Source of the DNA: Octopus sinensis
Taxonomy: Eukaryota
Reading direction: 5' to 3'
Length of the DNA: 64,000 bases
Assembly: GCF_006345805.1 (NCBI RefSeq)
Contig: NC_043024.1
Location: 8,122,001 to 8,186,000, forward strand
The notes under the pieces are model-generated. The model had not been told where the DNA came from and did not search any database. It saw only the letters and a list, made by a program, of their open reading frames with translations. Position 1 is the first letter of the stretch. Every line of letters begins with the position of its first letter. Shown in pieces: positions 13,846 to 25,452 of this stretch. Position numbers and translations under genes: made by a program.

Positions 13846-15138
13846 TTCATCATCACCATCATTATCATCATCATCACCATCATCACCACCACCATCACCA
13901 TCATTATCATCATCATCACCATCATCACCACCACCATCATCATCATTCATCATCATCTTCATCATCATCATCATCACCACCACCATCATCATCATTCATC
14001 ATCATCTTCATCATCATCATCATCACCACCATCATCATCATCATCACCATCATCACCATCATCATTCATCATCATCATCATTATTCATCATTGTTATCAT
14101 CAATCATTGTCGTCATTAGTCATCATCATCATCATCCTCATCATCATCACCATCATAACTGTCATCACTCACACCCCAACCACCGTCATGATAATGATGA
14201 TCATCATCACCATCATCATCACCACCACCATCATGGTCGTCATCATCTTCATCATCCTAATTGTCATCATCCCCCTCACTCCCACCACCATTTCCCCTGC
14301 TGTAGTTCTTACCGCCTCCAATCCAACCATGCCTAATATCCTGACCATCATTTCCTCTACCACCACTACCACCACTACCAATGGCCTCGTTACCACCTTC
14401 ACCACCACCACCACCATCTCAATCATCATCATCATCCTGATCATCTTTGTCATCACCAAGTCATCATCATTCTCACCATCATCACCATCATCATCATCAT
14501 CCTTGTTCTCACCTCCCCCCTCCATTGCCATTACAACAGTTCTTACCCCCCCTCCAGCCCCAACCATGCCTACCACCACCAGAGTCTGGAGGGATGTCTG
14601 TGAGTGACATGATGCCAATTGTTTGAGTGTCCAGTCTCTGGATGAGGTCTGGAAACGACTGGACAGGTAATTAGCTCTCAGAAGAATTTCTTCCATAATC
14701 ATCGTCATCATCACCACCACCACCACCACCACCACCACCACCATCATCGTCATCATCGTCAGCATCATCATCACCAGCACCACCACCACCGTCATCATCG
14801 TCAGCATCATCATCACACTACCACCACCACCACCGCCATCATTCTCATCATCATTATCCTCATCACCACCACCATCATCATCATCACACTCATTAACATC
14901 CTCCCCCTCTTCATCATCGTCATATCATCATCATCATCCTTATCACCAGCAGCAGCAGCATTACCACCACCACCATCATCATCATCGTCATCATCATCAT
15001 TGCATTCATTAACATCTCCCTCTTCATCATCATCGTCATCATCATCCTTATCACCATTACCATCATCACCGCCACCAGCACCACCATCATCATCATCATC
15101 ATCATCATCAACATCATCACCGCCACCAGCACCACCAC

Positions 15139-15180
<42 letters not shown>

Positions 15181-15190
15181 TATCATCATC

Positions 15191-15221
<31 letters not shown>

Positions 15222-15271
15222 CCATCACCATTACCATCATCACCGCCACCAGCACCACCATCATCATCATC

Positions 15272-15303
<32 letters not shown>

Positions 15304-15555
15304 CATCATCAACATCATTACCGCCACCAGCACCACCATCATCATCATCATCATCATCATCCTTATCATCATCATCATCATCATCATTATCCTCATCACC
15401 ACCACCACCATTATCATCATCGTCGTTGTCATCACCACCACCACCACCACCATCATTGTTCTCATCATCATCCTTATCACCACCACCACTGCTACCATCA
15501 CCACCGTCATCATCAACATCCTCACCACCACCACCACCGCCACCACCACCCCATC
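12775..15555. repeat. Large trinucleotide low-complexity domain: (GGT/GAT)n then (CAT/CAC)n
   Basis: Directly visible; produces the poly-H/S/I/M/D ORFs in all frames. Confidence 0.9.
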
Positions 15556-15789
15556 GTAAACTATTCACTCCTGGCCAGAACCGACAACCCTGAACAGATA
15601 AGCTGGAATTACTGAACTCTTAAGAGAGACTGAACTGTTTCCAACACTGCTTCTGGGGTGGGGGGCAGAAGAGGACGGGAAGAGGATAGACTTGTATACA
15701 CACACATACACATATACACGAATGCATATATATACATACGCACACACATAAGTACAAACACATACTTGCATGTATATATGCACACACAC

Positions 15790-17170
15790 ACACACACACA
15801 TGTAGATACATTTGTATATACTTACATTCATATATACATACATTCACAAATATATAAACACACACACATAAATATGCCATATATATATTATATACATATA
15901 CATACCTACATACATACATACCTACATACATACATTTGTATATACTTACATTCATATATACATATATACATACATTCACAAATATATATACACACACACA
16001 TAAATATGCCATATATATATTATATACATATACATACCTACATACATACATACCTACATACATACATTTGTATAACTTACATTCATATATACATATATAC
16101 ATACATTCACAAATATATATACAACACACATAAATATGCCATATATATATATATACAATACATACCTACATACATACATACCTACATACATACATTTGTT
16201 ATACTTACATTCATATATACATATATACATACATTCACAAATATATATACACACACACATAAAATGCCATATATCGATTATATACATATACATACCTACA
16301 TACATACATACCGACATACATACATTTGTATATACTTACATTCATATAGACAATATATACATACATTCACAAATATATATACACACACAATAAATATGCC
16401 ATTATATATTATATACATATACATACCTACATACATACATTTGATATACTTACATTCATATAACATATATACATACATTCACAAATATATAAACACACAC
16501 ACATAAATATGCCATATATATATTTATTAATATACACTAATACCTACATACATACATACCTACATACATACATTTGTATATACTTACATTCATATATACA
16601 TATATACATACATTCACAAATATATATACACACACACATAAATATGCCATATATATATTATATACATATACATACCTACATACATACATACCTACATACA
16701 TACATTTGTATATACTTACATTCATATATACATATATACATACATTCACAAATATATATACACACACACATAAATATGCCATATATATATTATATACATA
16801 TACATACTTACATACATACATACCTACATACATACATTTGTATATACTTACATTCATATATACATATATACATACATTCACAAATATATATACACACACA
16901 CATAAATATGCCATATATATATTATATACATATACATACCTACATACATACATTTGTATATACTTACATTCATATATACATATATACATACATTCACAAA
17001 ATATATACACAACAACATAAATATGCCATATATATATTATATACATATACATACCTACATACATACATACCTACATACATACATTTGTATATACTTACAT
17101 TCTATATACATATATACATACATTCACAAATTATATAACACACACACATAAATATGCCATATATATATTA
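15790..17170. repeat. ~132-bp satellite, about 11 copies
   Basis: Anchor 'aatatgcc' at 15871, 16003, 16133, ..., 16641, 16773, 16905, ~17020, ~17151 (spacing mostly 129-134). Confidence 0.9.
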
Positions 17171-17734
17171 TATACTATACATACTTACATACACACACAT
17201 ACAAATATATACACACACACAGATAAACATGCTATATATATATATTATTATACATATACATACCTACATACATACATACACACACATACAAACATACCAT
17301 ACATATATACATACAAGCATTCATATATATAACTACATACATACCTACCTATTTACCTACCTACATGTATGCATACATACATACACACATGCATACATAC
17401 ACACATGTATACATACATACATACATGTATACACACATGCATACATACACACATATATACACACATACGCACACATACATACAAGCACAGACACAAATAT
17501 ATACATACACATACATATACATACACACACATACATACACATACATATACACATATATACATACATGCATACATGTATACATACATACATACATACGTAT
17601 ATACACACACACATTGGAAGTGGCTAATTGCACTCATGTTCACATACAGCTTTTTTCATTAACTGTTTGAAAGTATTATCCCTGATTATATAAAGTACTC
17701 CGTGTGTGTGTGTGTATTTTCATACACACACACA

Positions 17735-17779
<45 letters not shown>

Positions 17780-17981
17780 GCATGTATGGTATTTCTGTAT
17801 TTTGTGGGGCAAAAATATAAAAGTACATTCAACAGGTGTGTGTGTATGTATGTGCGTGTATAAGTCTCTGTGTGTGTGTATAAGTATGAGTGTGTGTGTG
17901 TGTGTGGTGAGAAGTTTACTTGTCGGTCACATGGTTCCAAGTTCAGTCCCACTACGCAACACTTTGGGCGTCTTGTACCAT

Positions 17982-18467
17982 AGCCCTTGGCTGATAAAGC
18001 CCTTGGCTGATAAAGCCCTTGGCTGATAAAGCCCTTGGCTGATAAAGCCCTTGGCTGACCAAAGCCCTTGGCTGACCAAAGCCCTTGGCTGATAAAGCCC
18101 TTGGCTGACCAAAGCCCTTGGCTGATAAAGCCCTTGGCTGACCAAAGCCCTTGGCTGACCAAAGCCCTTGGCTGATAAAGCCCTTGGCTGACCAAAGCCC
18201 TTGGCTGACCAAAGCCCTTGGCTGACCAAAGCCCTTGGCTGATAAAGCCCTTGGCTGACCAAAGCCCTTGGCTGATAAAGCCCTTGGCTGACCAAAGCCC
18301 TTGGCTGACCAAAGCCCTTGGCTGATAAAGCCCTTGGCTGACCAAAGCCCTTGGCTGACCAAAGCCCTTGGCTGACCAAAGCCCTTGGCTGATAAAGCCC
18401 TTGGCTGACCAAAGCCCTTGGCTGACCAAAGCCCTTGGCTGATAAAGCCCCTGGCTGACCGAAGCCC
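17982..18467 (+). repeat. 16-18-bp minisatellite (agcccttggctgataa / agcc(c)cttggctgaccaa), about 28 units, inside a SINE-A
   Basis: The array sits where SINE-A carries atagcc..gg.cgaccaaagcc; SINE head immediately upstream at ~17905-17980. Confidence 0.9.
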
Positions 18468-18617
18468 TGTCAATGGATCTGAGTATAAACCTTGCTGTTT
18501 GTTTTACAAAGCTTATTCACAGGTATTGGCTATCAAATGTCATCTGATAGTGAGACTGACTGTATCACTGGATACACACTTGGAAATCTGTAGAGTTTAT
18601 ACTAGAATATGAATATG

Positions 18618-19010
18618 AGGCGTAGGCATGGCTGTGCATTAGGAAGTTTACTTTCCAACCACATGGTTCCAGGTTCAGTCCCACCGCATGGCACCTTTGG
18701 CAAGTATCTTCTACTATAGCCTCGGGTCGACCAAAGCCTTGTGAGTGGATTTGGTAGACGGAAACTGGAAGAAGCCCGTCGTATATATGTGTATGTATGT
18801 ATATGTTTGTGTGTCTGTGTTTGTCCCCCCACCATTGCTTGACAACCGATGATGGTGTGTTTACGTCCCGTAACTTAGCGGTTCAGCAAAAGAGACCGAT
18901 AAAATAAGTACTAGGCTTACAAAGAATAAGTCCTGGGGTCGATTTACTCGACTAGAAGGCAGTGCTCCAGCATGGCCGCAGTCAAATGACTGAAACAAGT
19001 AAAAGAGAGA
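18618..19010 (+). mobile_element. SINE-A copy
   Basis: Full head-to-tail match. Confidence 0.85.
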
Positions 19011-19449
19011 AAAGAGAGAGAATATATATATATAATCACTACTATCACAATCACCACCACCACCACCATCATCATCGCCACCACAATCACCACTACTCCC
19101 CATCACCACCACGATAACCATTACCACCATAACCACCCACCATCAACACTACTAACAGCATCACCACCACCACCACACCACCACCACCACCACCACAATC
19201 CCCCTCCAGCTTAGGAGCTTCAAAACAGATTAAAGCTAACAGCTTTAGCAGATAAGTCCATTATATGCAACAGATTTAAGGAGATTCTATGCTGGAAGTA
19301 GTTAATTCTTTTCTAATAACTTCTTAAATAACACATGTGTGGACGTGAGGGTCAGCACAGATGTGTATATATAATCTATTTATCTGTCTGTCAATCTGTT
19401 GTAGATATCTTTATTTATACTCACACATACACACACACACACACACACC

Positions 19450-20188
19450 CCACCTGGACGGGATGCTGGTCTGTTGCAGGTAAGCTGCAAGATGCAGGAG
19501 GAAAGAGAGAGAGAAAGTTGTGGTGAAAGAGTCAGCAGAAGTTACGCCATTACCTTCTGCCGGAGCCGCGTGGAGCTTAGGTGTTTCACTCATAAATACA
19601 CACATCGTCCGGTCTGAGATTCAAACCCGCGATCCCTCGACCGCAAGTTCGCTGCTCTAATCACTAGGCCATGTGCCTCCACCAATAATAATGATGATAG
19701 TTTCATATTTTGGCACAAGGCCAGCGGCTAACCGGCTTCCATGCAAGTGGTACATAAAAGGGCACCATTCGAGTATGATCGTTACCAGCGTCGCCTTACT
19801 GGCACTTGTGCATGTGCTAGTAGGGTGCTAATCCAAGTGTGATCGTTGCCAGAGCAGCCAACTGGCTTCCGTACCCGTGGCACGTAAAAGGGCACCATTT
19901 GAGCATGATCATTACCAATGTTGCTTCACTGGCACCTGTGCCGGTGGCACGTGTAAAAAAGATTCGAGCGAGGTCATTGCCAGTACCGCCTGACTGGCAC
20001 CCGTGCCGGTGGCACGTAAAAAGCACCCACTACACTCTCGGAATGGTTGGCGTTAGGAAGGGCATCCAGCTGTAGAAACTCTGCCAGATCAAGATTGGAG
20101 CCTGGTTCGCCAGCCCTCTGTCAAAATTGTCCAACCCATGCTAGCATGGAAAATGGACGTTAAACGATGATGATGATGATGATGATGA
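19450..20188. mobile_element. SINE-C (-, 19450-19685) and SINE-B (+, ~19700-20188, (GAT)n tail)
   Basis: SINE-B internal repeats gtggcacgtaaaa(a/g)gcacc and 3' end ggaagggcatccagctgtagaaac...ggacgttaaacgatgatgat. Confidence 0.75.
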
Positions 20189-20679
20189 ACAATAATAATA
20201 ATAATAATTTCATAAGTGATGTAAAATGCATTTTGGAGAAGTAAATAGAAATGAAGAAATTCATGGAATATGGTCTATACAATAATTGTGATGATGATGA
20301 TGGCTTTGATTATGAAACACACGTCTATCACTAATGTCACACCTAGCCAAGCAACTACAAAAGCCAGATGTTTCCTGCTCCAAAAGATATCAGAATCACC
20401 AATATCGATTATAGAACAAGAGACTGGCTTTGGACTGGAACGGCTGCTTTTGGCAGACCCAACAACAATGACACACACATTCTCCACTCTGTGTGTGTGT
20501 GTGTGTGTAGGTGCAGACATGGGCGTGTGATTAACAAGGTTACTTCCTTCCCAATCATGTGGTTTGGGGTTCAATGCCACTGCATGGCACCTTGGGCAAA
20601 TGTCTTCTACTACAGCTCCTGTCTGACCAAAGTCTTACCAGTGGATTTGGAAGATAATAACTAACAGAAGCTCATTGTA

Positions 20680-21362
20680 TCTATCTACCCATCCATCCAT
20701 CCATCTACCCATCCAAACCCCACCTATCCATCCATCCACCCATCCAAACCCCCACCTATCCATCCATCTACCCATCCATCCATCCATCCACCCATCCATC
20801 CATCCATCCATCCACCCATCCAAACCCCACCTATCCATCCATCCATCCATCCATCCATCCACCCATCCAAACCCCCACCTATCCATCCATCTACCCATCC
20901 AAACCCCCACCTATCCATCCATCCATCCATCCACCCATCCAAACCCCGCCTATCCATCCATCTACCCATCCATCCATCCATCCACCCATCCAAACCCCCA
21001 CCTATCCATCCATCTACCCATCCATCCATCCATCCATCCACCCATCCATCCAAACCCCACCTATCCATCCATCTACCCATCCATCCATCCATCTAAGCCT
21101 AACTACCTACCTATCTCTCTAGTCATCCATCCATCCATCCACCCGTCCAAACCCCACCTATTCATCCATCTACCCATCCATCCATCCATCCATCCATCTA
21201 AGCCTAACTACCTACCTATCTCTCTAGTCATCCATCCATCCATCTATCCACCCATCCAAACCCCACCTGTCCATCCATCTACCTATCCATCTATCCATCC
21301 ATCTAAGCCTAACTACCTACCTATCTCTCTAGTCATCCAACCATCCACCCATCCATCCATCT
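20680..21362. repeat. (ATCC)n compound minisatellite punctuated by aaaccccacct and ctaagcctaactacctacctatctctctagt
   Basis: Directly visible; explains the HPS/DGW ORFs. Confidence 0.9.
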
Positions 21363-21510
21363 GCTTGCCTACTTGTCTGTCTATTTATCTATCTGTACAC
21401 ACACACACATACAACTACATATATATATCTATCATTTCATAACTACATATCAATTGTTGGCTTTTATCTTTCCTCCGTCTTCCTTTCCTTTTGTACTTTC
21501 CTCTGTCTCT

Positions 21511-21547
21511 TGTTTCTGAAGAAGAGCTTTGCTCGAAACATAAAACA
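21511..21547 (+). ncRNA. Minimal type I hammerhead ribozyme motif (Penelope-like terminal repeat)
   Basis: tgttt-CTGAAGA-A-GAGC-ttt-GCTC-GAAA-C-ATA-aaaca: intact CUGANGA/GAAA core, 4-bp helix II, 5-bp helix I (TGTTT/AAACA). The helix III pair is C-A instead of C-G. Confidence 0.65.
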
Positions 21548-21973
21548 CCCTTTCTTTCCCTCCCTGAGCATCGTATTAATACTTTGCATGTACCATGTCC
21601 TCACATTGTTGTGTATTTTTCTCATCTGTTATTTGTTTTTTTGATTAGCTACATATCTCTTATTATAAAAGGCAGATTTTATCTGCCTCCCTTTGGGAGT
21701 TATAGAAATCTACAATATAGGATTTCTTCAATTACAATTTACCTAGCAATTTTAAGAGTACAATGCATCGCGTCATGCCAGGTCCAGTTTTTAAAATTTA
21801 AACTCCAATTAAGCAAAATTTACAGAAAACTCACATTCTGGTGTGTGTGTCAAATGCTTTTCTTAGTCTGGTTTACACCACACGCAAACGCACACACACA
21901 CAAAGGGAGCGAATTGTTTCACTGACGCTATCACCCTTCTCCTCCTTTGTCTTTGCAAGTTGGCAGCTATTAA

Positions 21974-22213
21974 AGTGAAAACAGTGAATCCGACAGCGAT
22001 AAAGAAAACGAATTGGCACCTGAATGGAGTGAAAATTTAAAAACTGTTTCTTTCGGTGAGTTTTCTGAAGAAACTGGACCAAGCCACAGACTTTCCCAGA
22101 AGAGTAAAGCCTTAGACTATTTCTATTTATTTCGAATGAGCCTATTTGAAATCATTACGCTAAACGTAAACAAACCGAAAGAAAGGATAGTTTGTTATTT
22201 CCCACAACCTTAA
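21974..22213 (+). mobile_element. piggyBac-like transposase N-terminal relic
   Basis: SENSESDSDKENELAPEWSENLKTVSFGEFSEETGPSHRLSQKSKALDYFYLFRMSLFEII resembles the acidic-W...F..ETGP...LDYFxLF...LFxxI start of PGBD-type transposases (recognised from memory); stops on both sides. Confidence 0.55.
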
Positions 22214-22395
22214 ATGAAATTAAGGCCTATTTTGCCATAAATATTATTATGGGTATCAGAAAGTTACCCAGAATAACAAATTCTATCGTAAAAATTTGTT
22301 GTATACCCAATTGAATATTAGCTAATAACCCATTTTCTATAGCGATGTTGAACAAAATTTTAATAATTTTACAGAAAGTTACCCAAAATAACAAA

Positions 22396-22672
22396 CGAGC
22401 CCTTCTGGGTATTAGCGCGCGTCTACGATGAGTCTACGATTAAAAAAAAATTACCATCATATTTTTTAATTTTAATGCATTTTTTTCGCTTTTATATAAG
22501 GGAAGTAACTCTCTAAAAATTCTACGATGTGTCAACGATTTAAAGAAAAATTTACCTTAATTTTTTTTCAATTTTAATGCATTTTTTTGCTACTTTTTGG
22601 CTATAACTCTCTAAAAATGCTTATATAGTTATTTCCCTTACAACCCGAGCAACGCCGGGCGATACTGCTAGT
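22396..22672 (+). mobile_element. Non-autonomous Helitron-like element
   Basis: Ends in the hairpin cccgagcaacgccggg, 8 nt of spacer, then CTAG (22668-22671) followed by T; has internal subterminal duplications. Confidence 0.65.
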
Positions 22673-22749
22673 ATATATATAAATATAGGGAGAATTTCTT
22701 AAAAAAACCAAAAGACGAAAACAGGTGGTGTAGACAACAAACAGATGTA

Positions 22750-22990
22750 TTAGTATAAGGCAGCGAGCTGGCAGAACCGTTAGCACGCCGGGCGAAATGC
22801 GTAGCTGTATTTCGTCTGCCGTTACATTCTGAGTTCAAATTCCGCCGAGGTCGACTTTGCCTTTCATCCTTTCGGGGTCGATAAATTAAGTACCAGTTAC
22901 GCACTGGGGGTCGATATAATCGACTTAATCCGTTTGTCTGTCTGTGTTTGTCTCCTCTGTGTGTAGCCCCTTGTGGGTAATAAAGAAACG
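22750..22990 (+). mobile_element. SINE-D single copy
   Basis: Head aaggcagcgagctggcagaaccgttagcacg, B-box gagttcaaattcc, tail ccccttgtgggtaataaagaaa. Confidence 0.8.
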
Positions 22991-23023
22991 GATGTATTAG
23001 TATAACATTCGGGAAGTGAAAAA

Positions 23024-23260
23024 GTCTTTAACATTTCGAGCCTACGCTCTTCAACAGAGAGGAACACAGAAAGAAACAAGGAGAGAAAATAAAGAATGTG
23101 TAGTGGCTAGTGATATATATATATAACGGGAAGCTTTATGAAAATAAGCAAAAGACGAATGCAAGTGGAGTACAAACAAACAATTGTATTAGTATGGTGC
23201 TCAGGAATACAAATAAAACAAGTCTTTTACGTTTCGAGCCTATGCTCTTCGACGAAAGAT
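23024..23260 (-). ncRNA. Two degenerate hammerhead-like motifs (23024-23062, 23222-23260)
   Basis: Minus strand CTGTTGA-A-GAGC-gtag-GCTC-GAAA-tgtt-aaaga and tcttt-CGTCGA-A-GAGC-atag-GCTC-GAAA-cgta-aaaga. Helix II is the same as at 21516, but the core deviates from CUGANGA. Confidence 0.4.
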
Positions 23261-23339
23261 ACACAGAAAAGAAACACGAAGAGAAACAAGGAGAGAAAAA
23301 AAAAGAATGTGTAGTGGCTAGCGATCTCTCATGGTGAAA

Positions 23340-23370
<31 letters not shown>

Positions 23371-23380
23371 TATATGTATA

Positions 23381-23411
<31 letters not shown>

Positions 23412-23501
23412 GTATATATATATTATATATACATATATATATATGTATATATATATAATATATATATACATATATATATGTATATATTATATATATATAT
23501 A

Positions 23502-23557
<56 letters not shown>

Positions 23558-23751
23558 GTATACATTGAAAAAATTGCATATTTTTGAAATGACCCAAATG
23601 TGATATTTATAAGAATGTGTGTATGTGTGTGTGTGTGACTGAGCATACGTACATGTAATTCCATGTATTTGTACAAACATATCTGTAAACACACATGCAC
23701 ACACAAATATAAGCACAAACACACATATATGCACACAAATATAAACACATA

Positions 23752-23920
23752 GGCACAGGAGTGGCTGTGTGGTAAGTAGCTTGCTTACCAACCACATGGT
23801 TCCGGGTTCAGTCCCACTGCATGGCACCTTGGGCAAGTGTCTTCTACTATAGCCTCAGGCCGACCAAAGCCTTGTGAGTGGATTTGGTAGACGGAAACCG
23901 AAAGAAGCCTGTTGTATATA

Positions 23921-23955
<35 letters not shown>

Positions 23956-24170
23956 GTGTTTGTGTGTCTGTGTTTGTCCCCCTAGCATTGCTTGACAACC
24001 GATGCTGGTGTGTTTATGTCCCCGTGTACTTAGCGGTTTGGCAAAAGAGACCGATAGAATAAGTACTGGGCTTACAAAAGAATAAGTCCCGGGGTCGAAT
24101 TGCTCGATTAAAGGCGTTGCTCCAGCATGGCCGCACTCAAATGACTGAAACAAGTAAAAGAGAGAAAGAG
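23752..24170 (+). mobile_element. SINE-A copy
   Basis: Full head-to-tail match. Confidence 0.85.
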
Positions 24171-24549
24171 AAAGAGACATGTAAATATAAACACACACAT
24201 ACATATATATATTACTACACATGTGACTCTGTATGTTTACACAGGCAAGTCTGTGTAAACACAAGCCCACGTTCACACACACACACAGACACACACACAT
24301 ACGCATAACCCCCTTTTCCCCCCACCTACGCAAAAGTACATAAACCCTGCTACAGAAAACAAAAGATGGCATTGATAATGACTCATTGGACGGTGGACAA
24401 TGGGTTAACAACATCTGGTGGATAAAGGAAGGTGGATGGAAGCGGAGGGGGGGGATGAATTGGGGGGTGGGGATGGATGGCTTGTTTTTGTTGTATAACT
24501 GTTGCTGGTTGCTGGTTGTTGTTGTTGCTGTTGCTGTTGAGTGAAGTGG

Positions 24550-25225
24550 TCTTCGTCCCAGAGCTCGCAAGATCGCGCCTCTGTAGTGGGAGAAGTCCGA
24601 AACGTGGTCCTTTGCTATTCGTAAGACCCGCAGAAGAGAGAGCAGGTCAACCCCCGACAGCAAGAGCATCGACGGATGGATGAATGCGCATCCAGGCTCA
24701 GCATCTTCGTCCCAGAGCTCGCAAGATCGCGCCTCTGTAGTGGGAGAAGTCCGAAACGTGGTCCTTTGCTATTCGTAAGACCCCGCAGAAGAGAAAGCAG
24801 GTCAACCCCCGACACCGAGAGCATCAGCGGTTGCGTAGGGAGTCGGGGACAAGAAACAGGAAGAAAGAGTGAGAGAAAGTTGGGGCGAAGGAGTACAACA
24901 GGGGTCGCCACCACCCCCTGCCGGGGCCTCGTGGAGCTTTAAGGTGTTTTCGCTCAATAAACACACACAGCACCTGGTCTGGGAATCGAAACCACGATCC
25001 TCCAACTGTGAGTCCGCTGCCCTAACCATTGGGCCATTGCACCTCCACTTGATGTTGGGGCGAAAGAGAACAACAGGGGTCGCCACCACCCCCTGCCGGA
25101 GCATCGTGAAGCTTTAGGTGTTTTCGCTCAATAAACACACACAACGCCCGGTCTGGGAATCGAAACCGCGATCCTCCAACTGCGAGTCTGCTGCCCTAAT
25201 CACTGGGCCATTGCGCCTCCACTTG
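24550..25225 (-). mobile_element. Two SINE-C heads with an atypical CpG-rich tail that is tandemly duplicated (154-bp period)
   Basis: SINE-C heads end at ~25048 and ~25222; 'tcttcgtcccagagctcgcaagatcgcg...' at 24550 and 24704. Confidence 0.7.
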
Positions 25226-25452
25226 CTGTTGCTGGTCTGTGGTAGTGGTGGTGGTGCTGGTATCAGGTGTGCTGTTGTTTAGTCCTAACGGAAGGCACGT
25301 GGCTTAGTGGTTATGGTATTTGGCTGACGATAGTAAGGTCATCGGTTCAGTTCCTGGTGGTGTGTTGTGTGTTGTGTCCTAGAGCAACAAACATTATTTC
25401 TCGTAGCCCCAGGCCACTCCGCTGGCAAAATGAGTTGTATCTGTTATTGAAA

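Noticed and set aside
15575-15615. DNPEQISWNY as another ACP7 leader
   Set aside because: Only PEQI matches; there is no leader or donor, and a stop follows immediately.
303-17670. Poly-N/H/S/I/D and IY/HT-repeat ORFs
   Set aside because: Microsatellite translation in several overlapping frames, with no splice-supported or domain-like content.
17686-18473. ORFs of 161-247 aa (SQGLWSAKGF repeats)
   Set aside because: Read-through of the 16-18-bp minisatellite.
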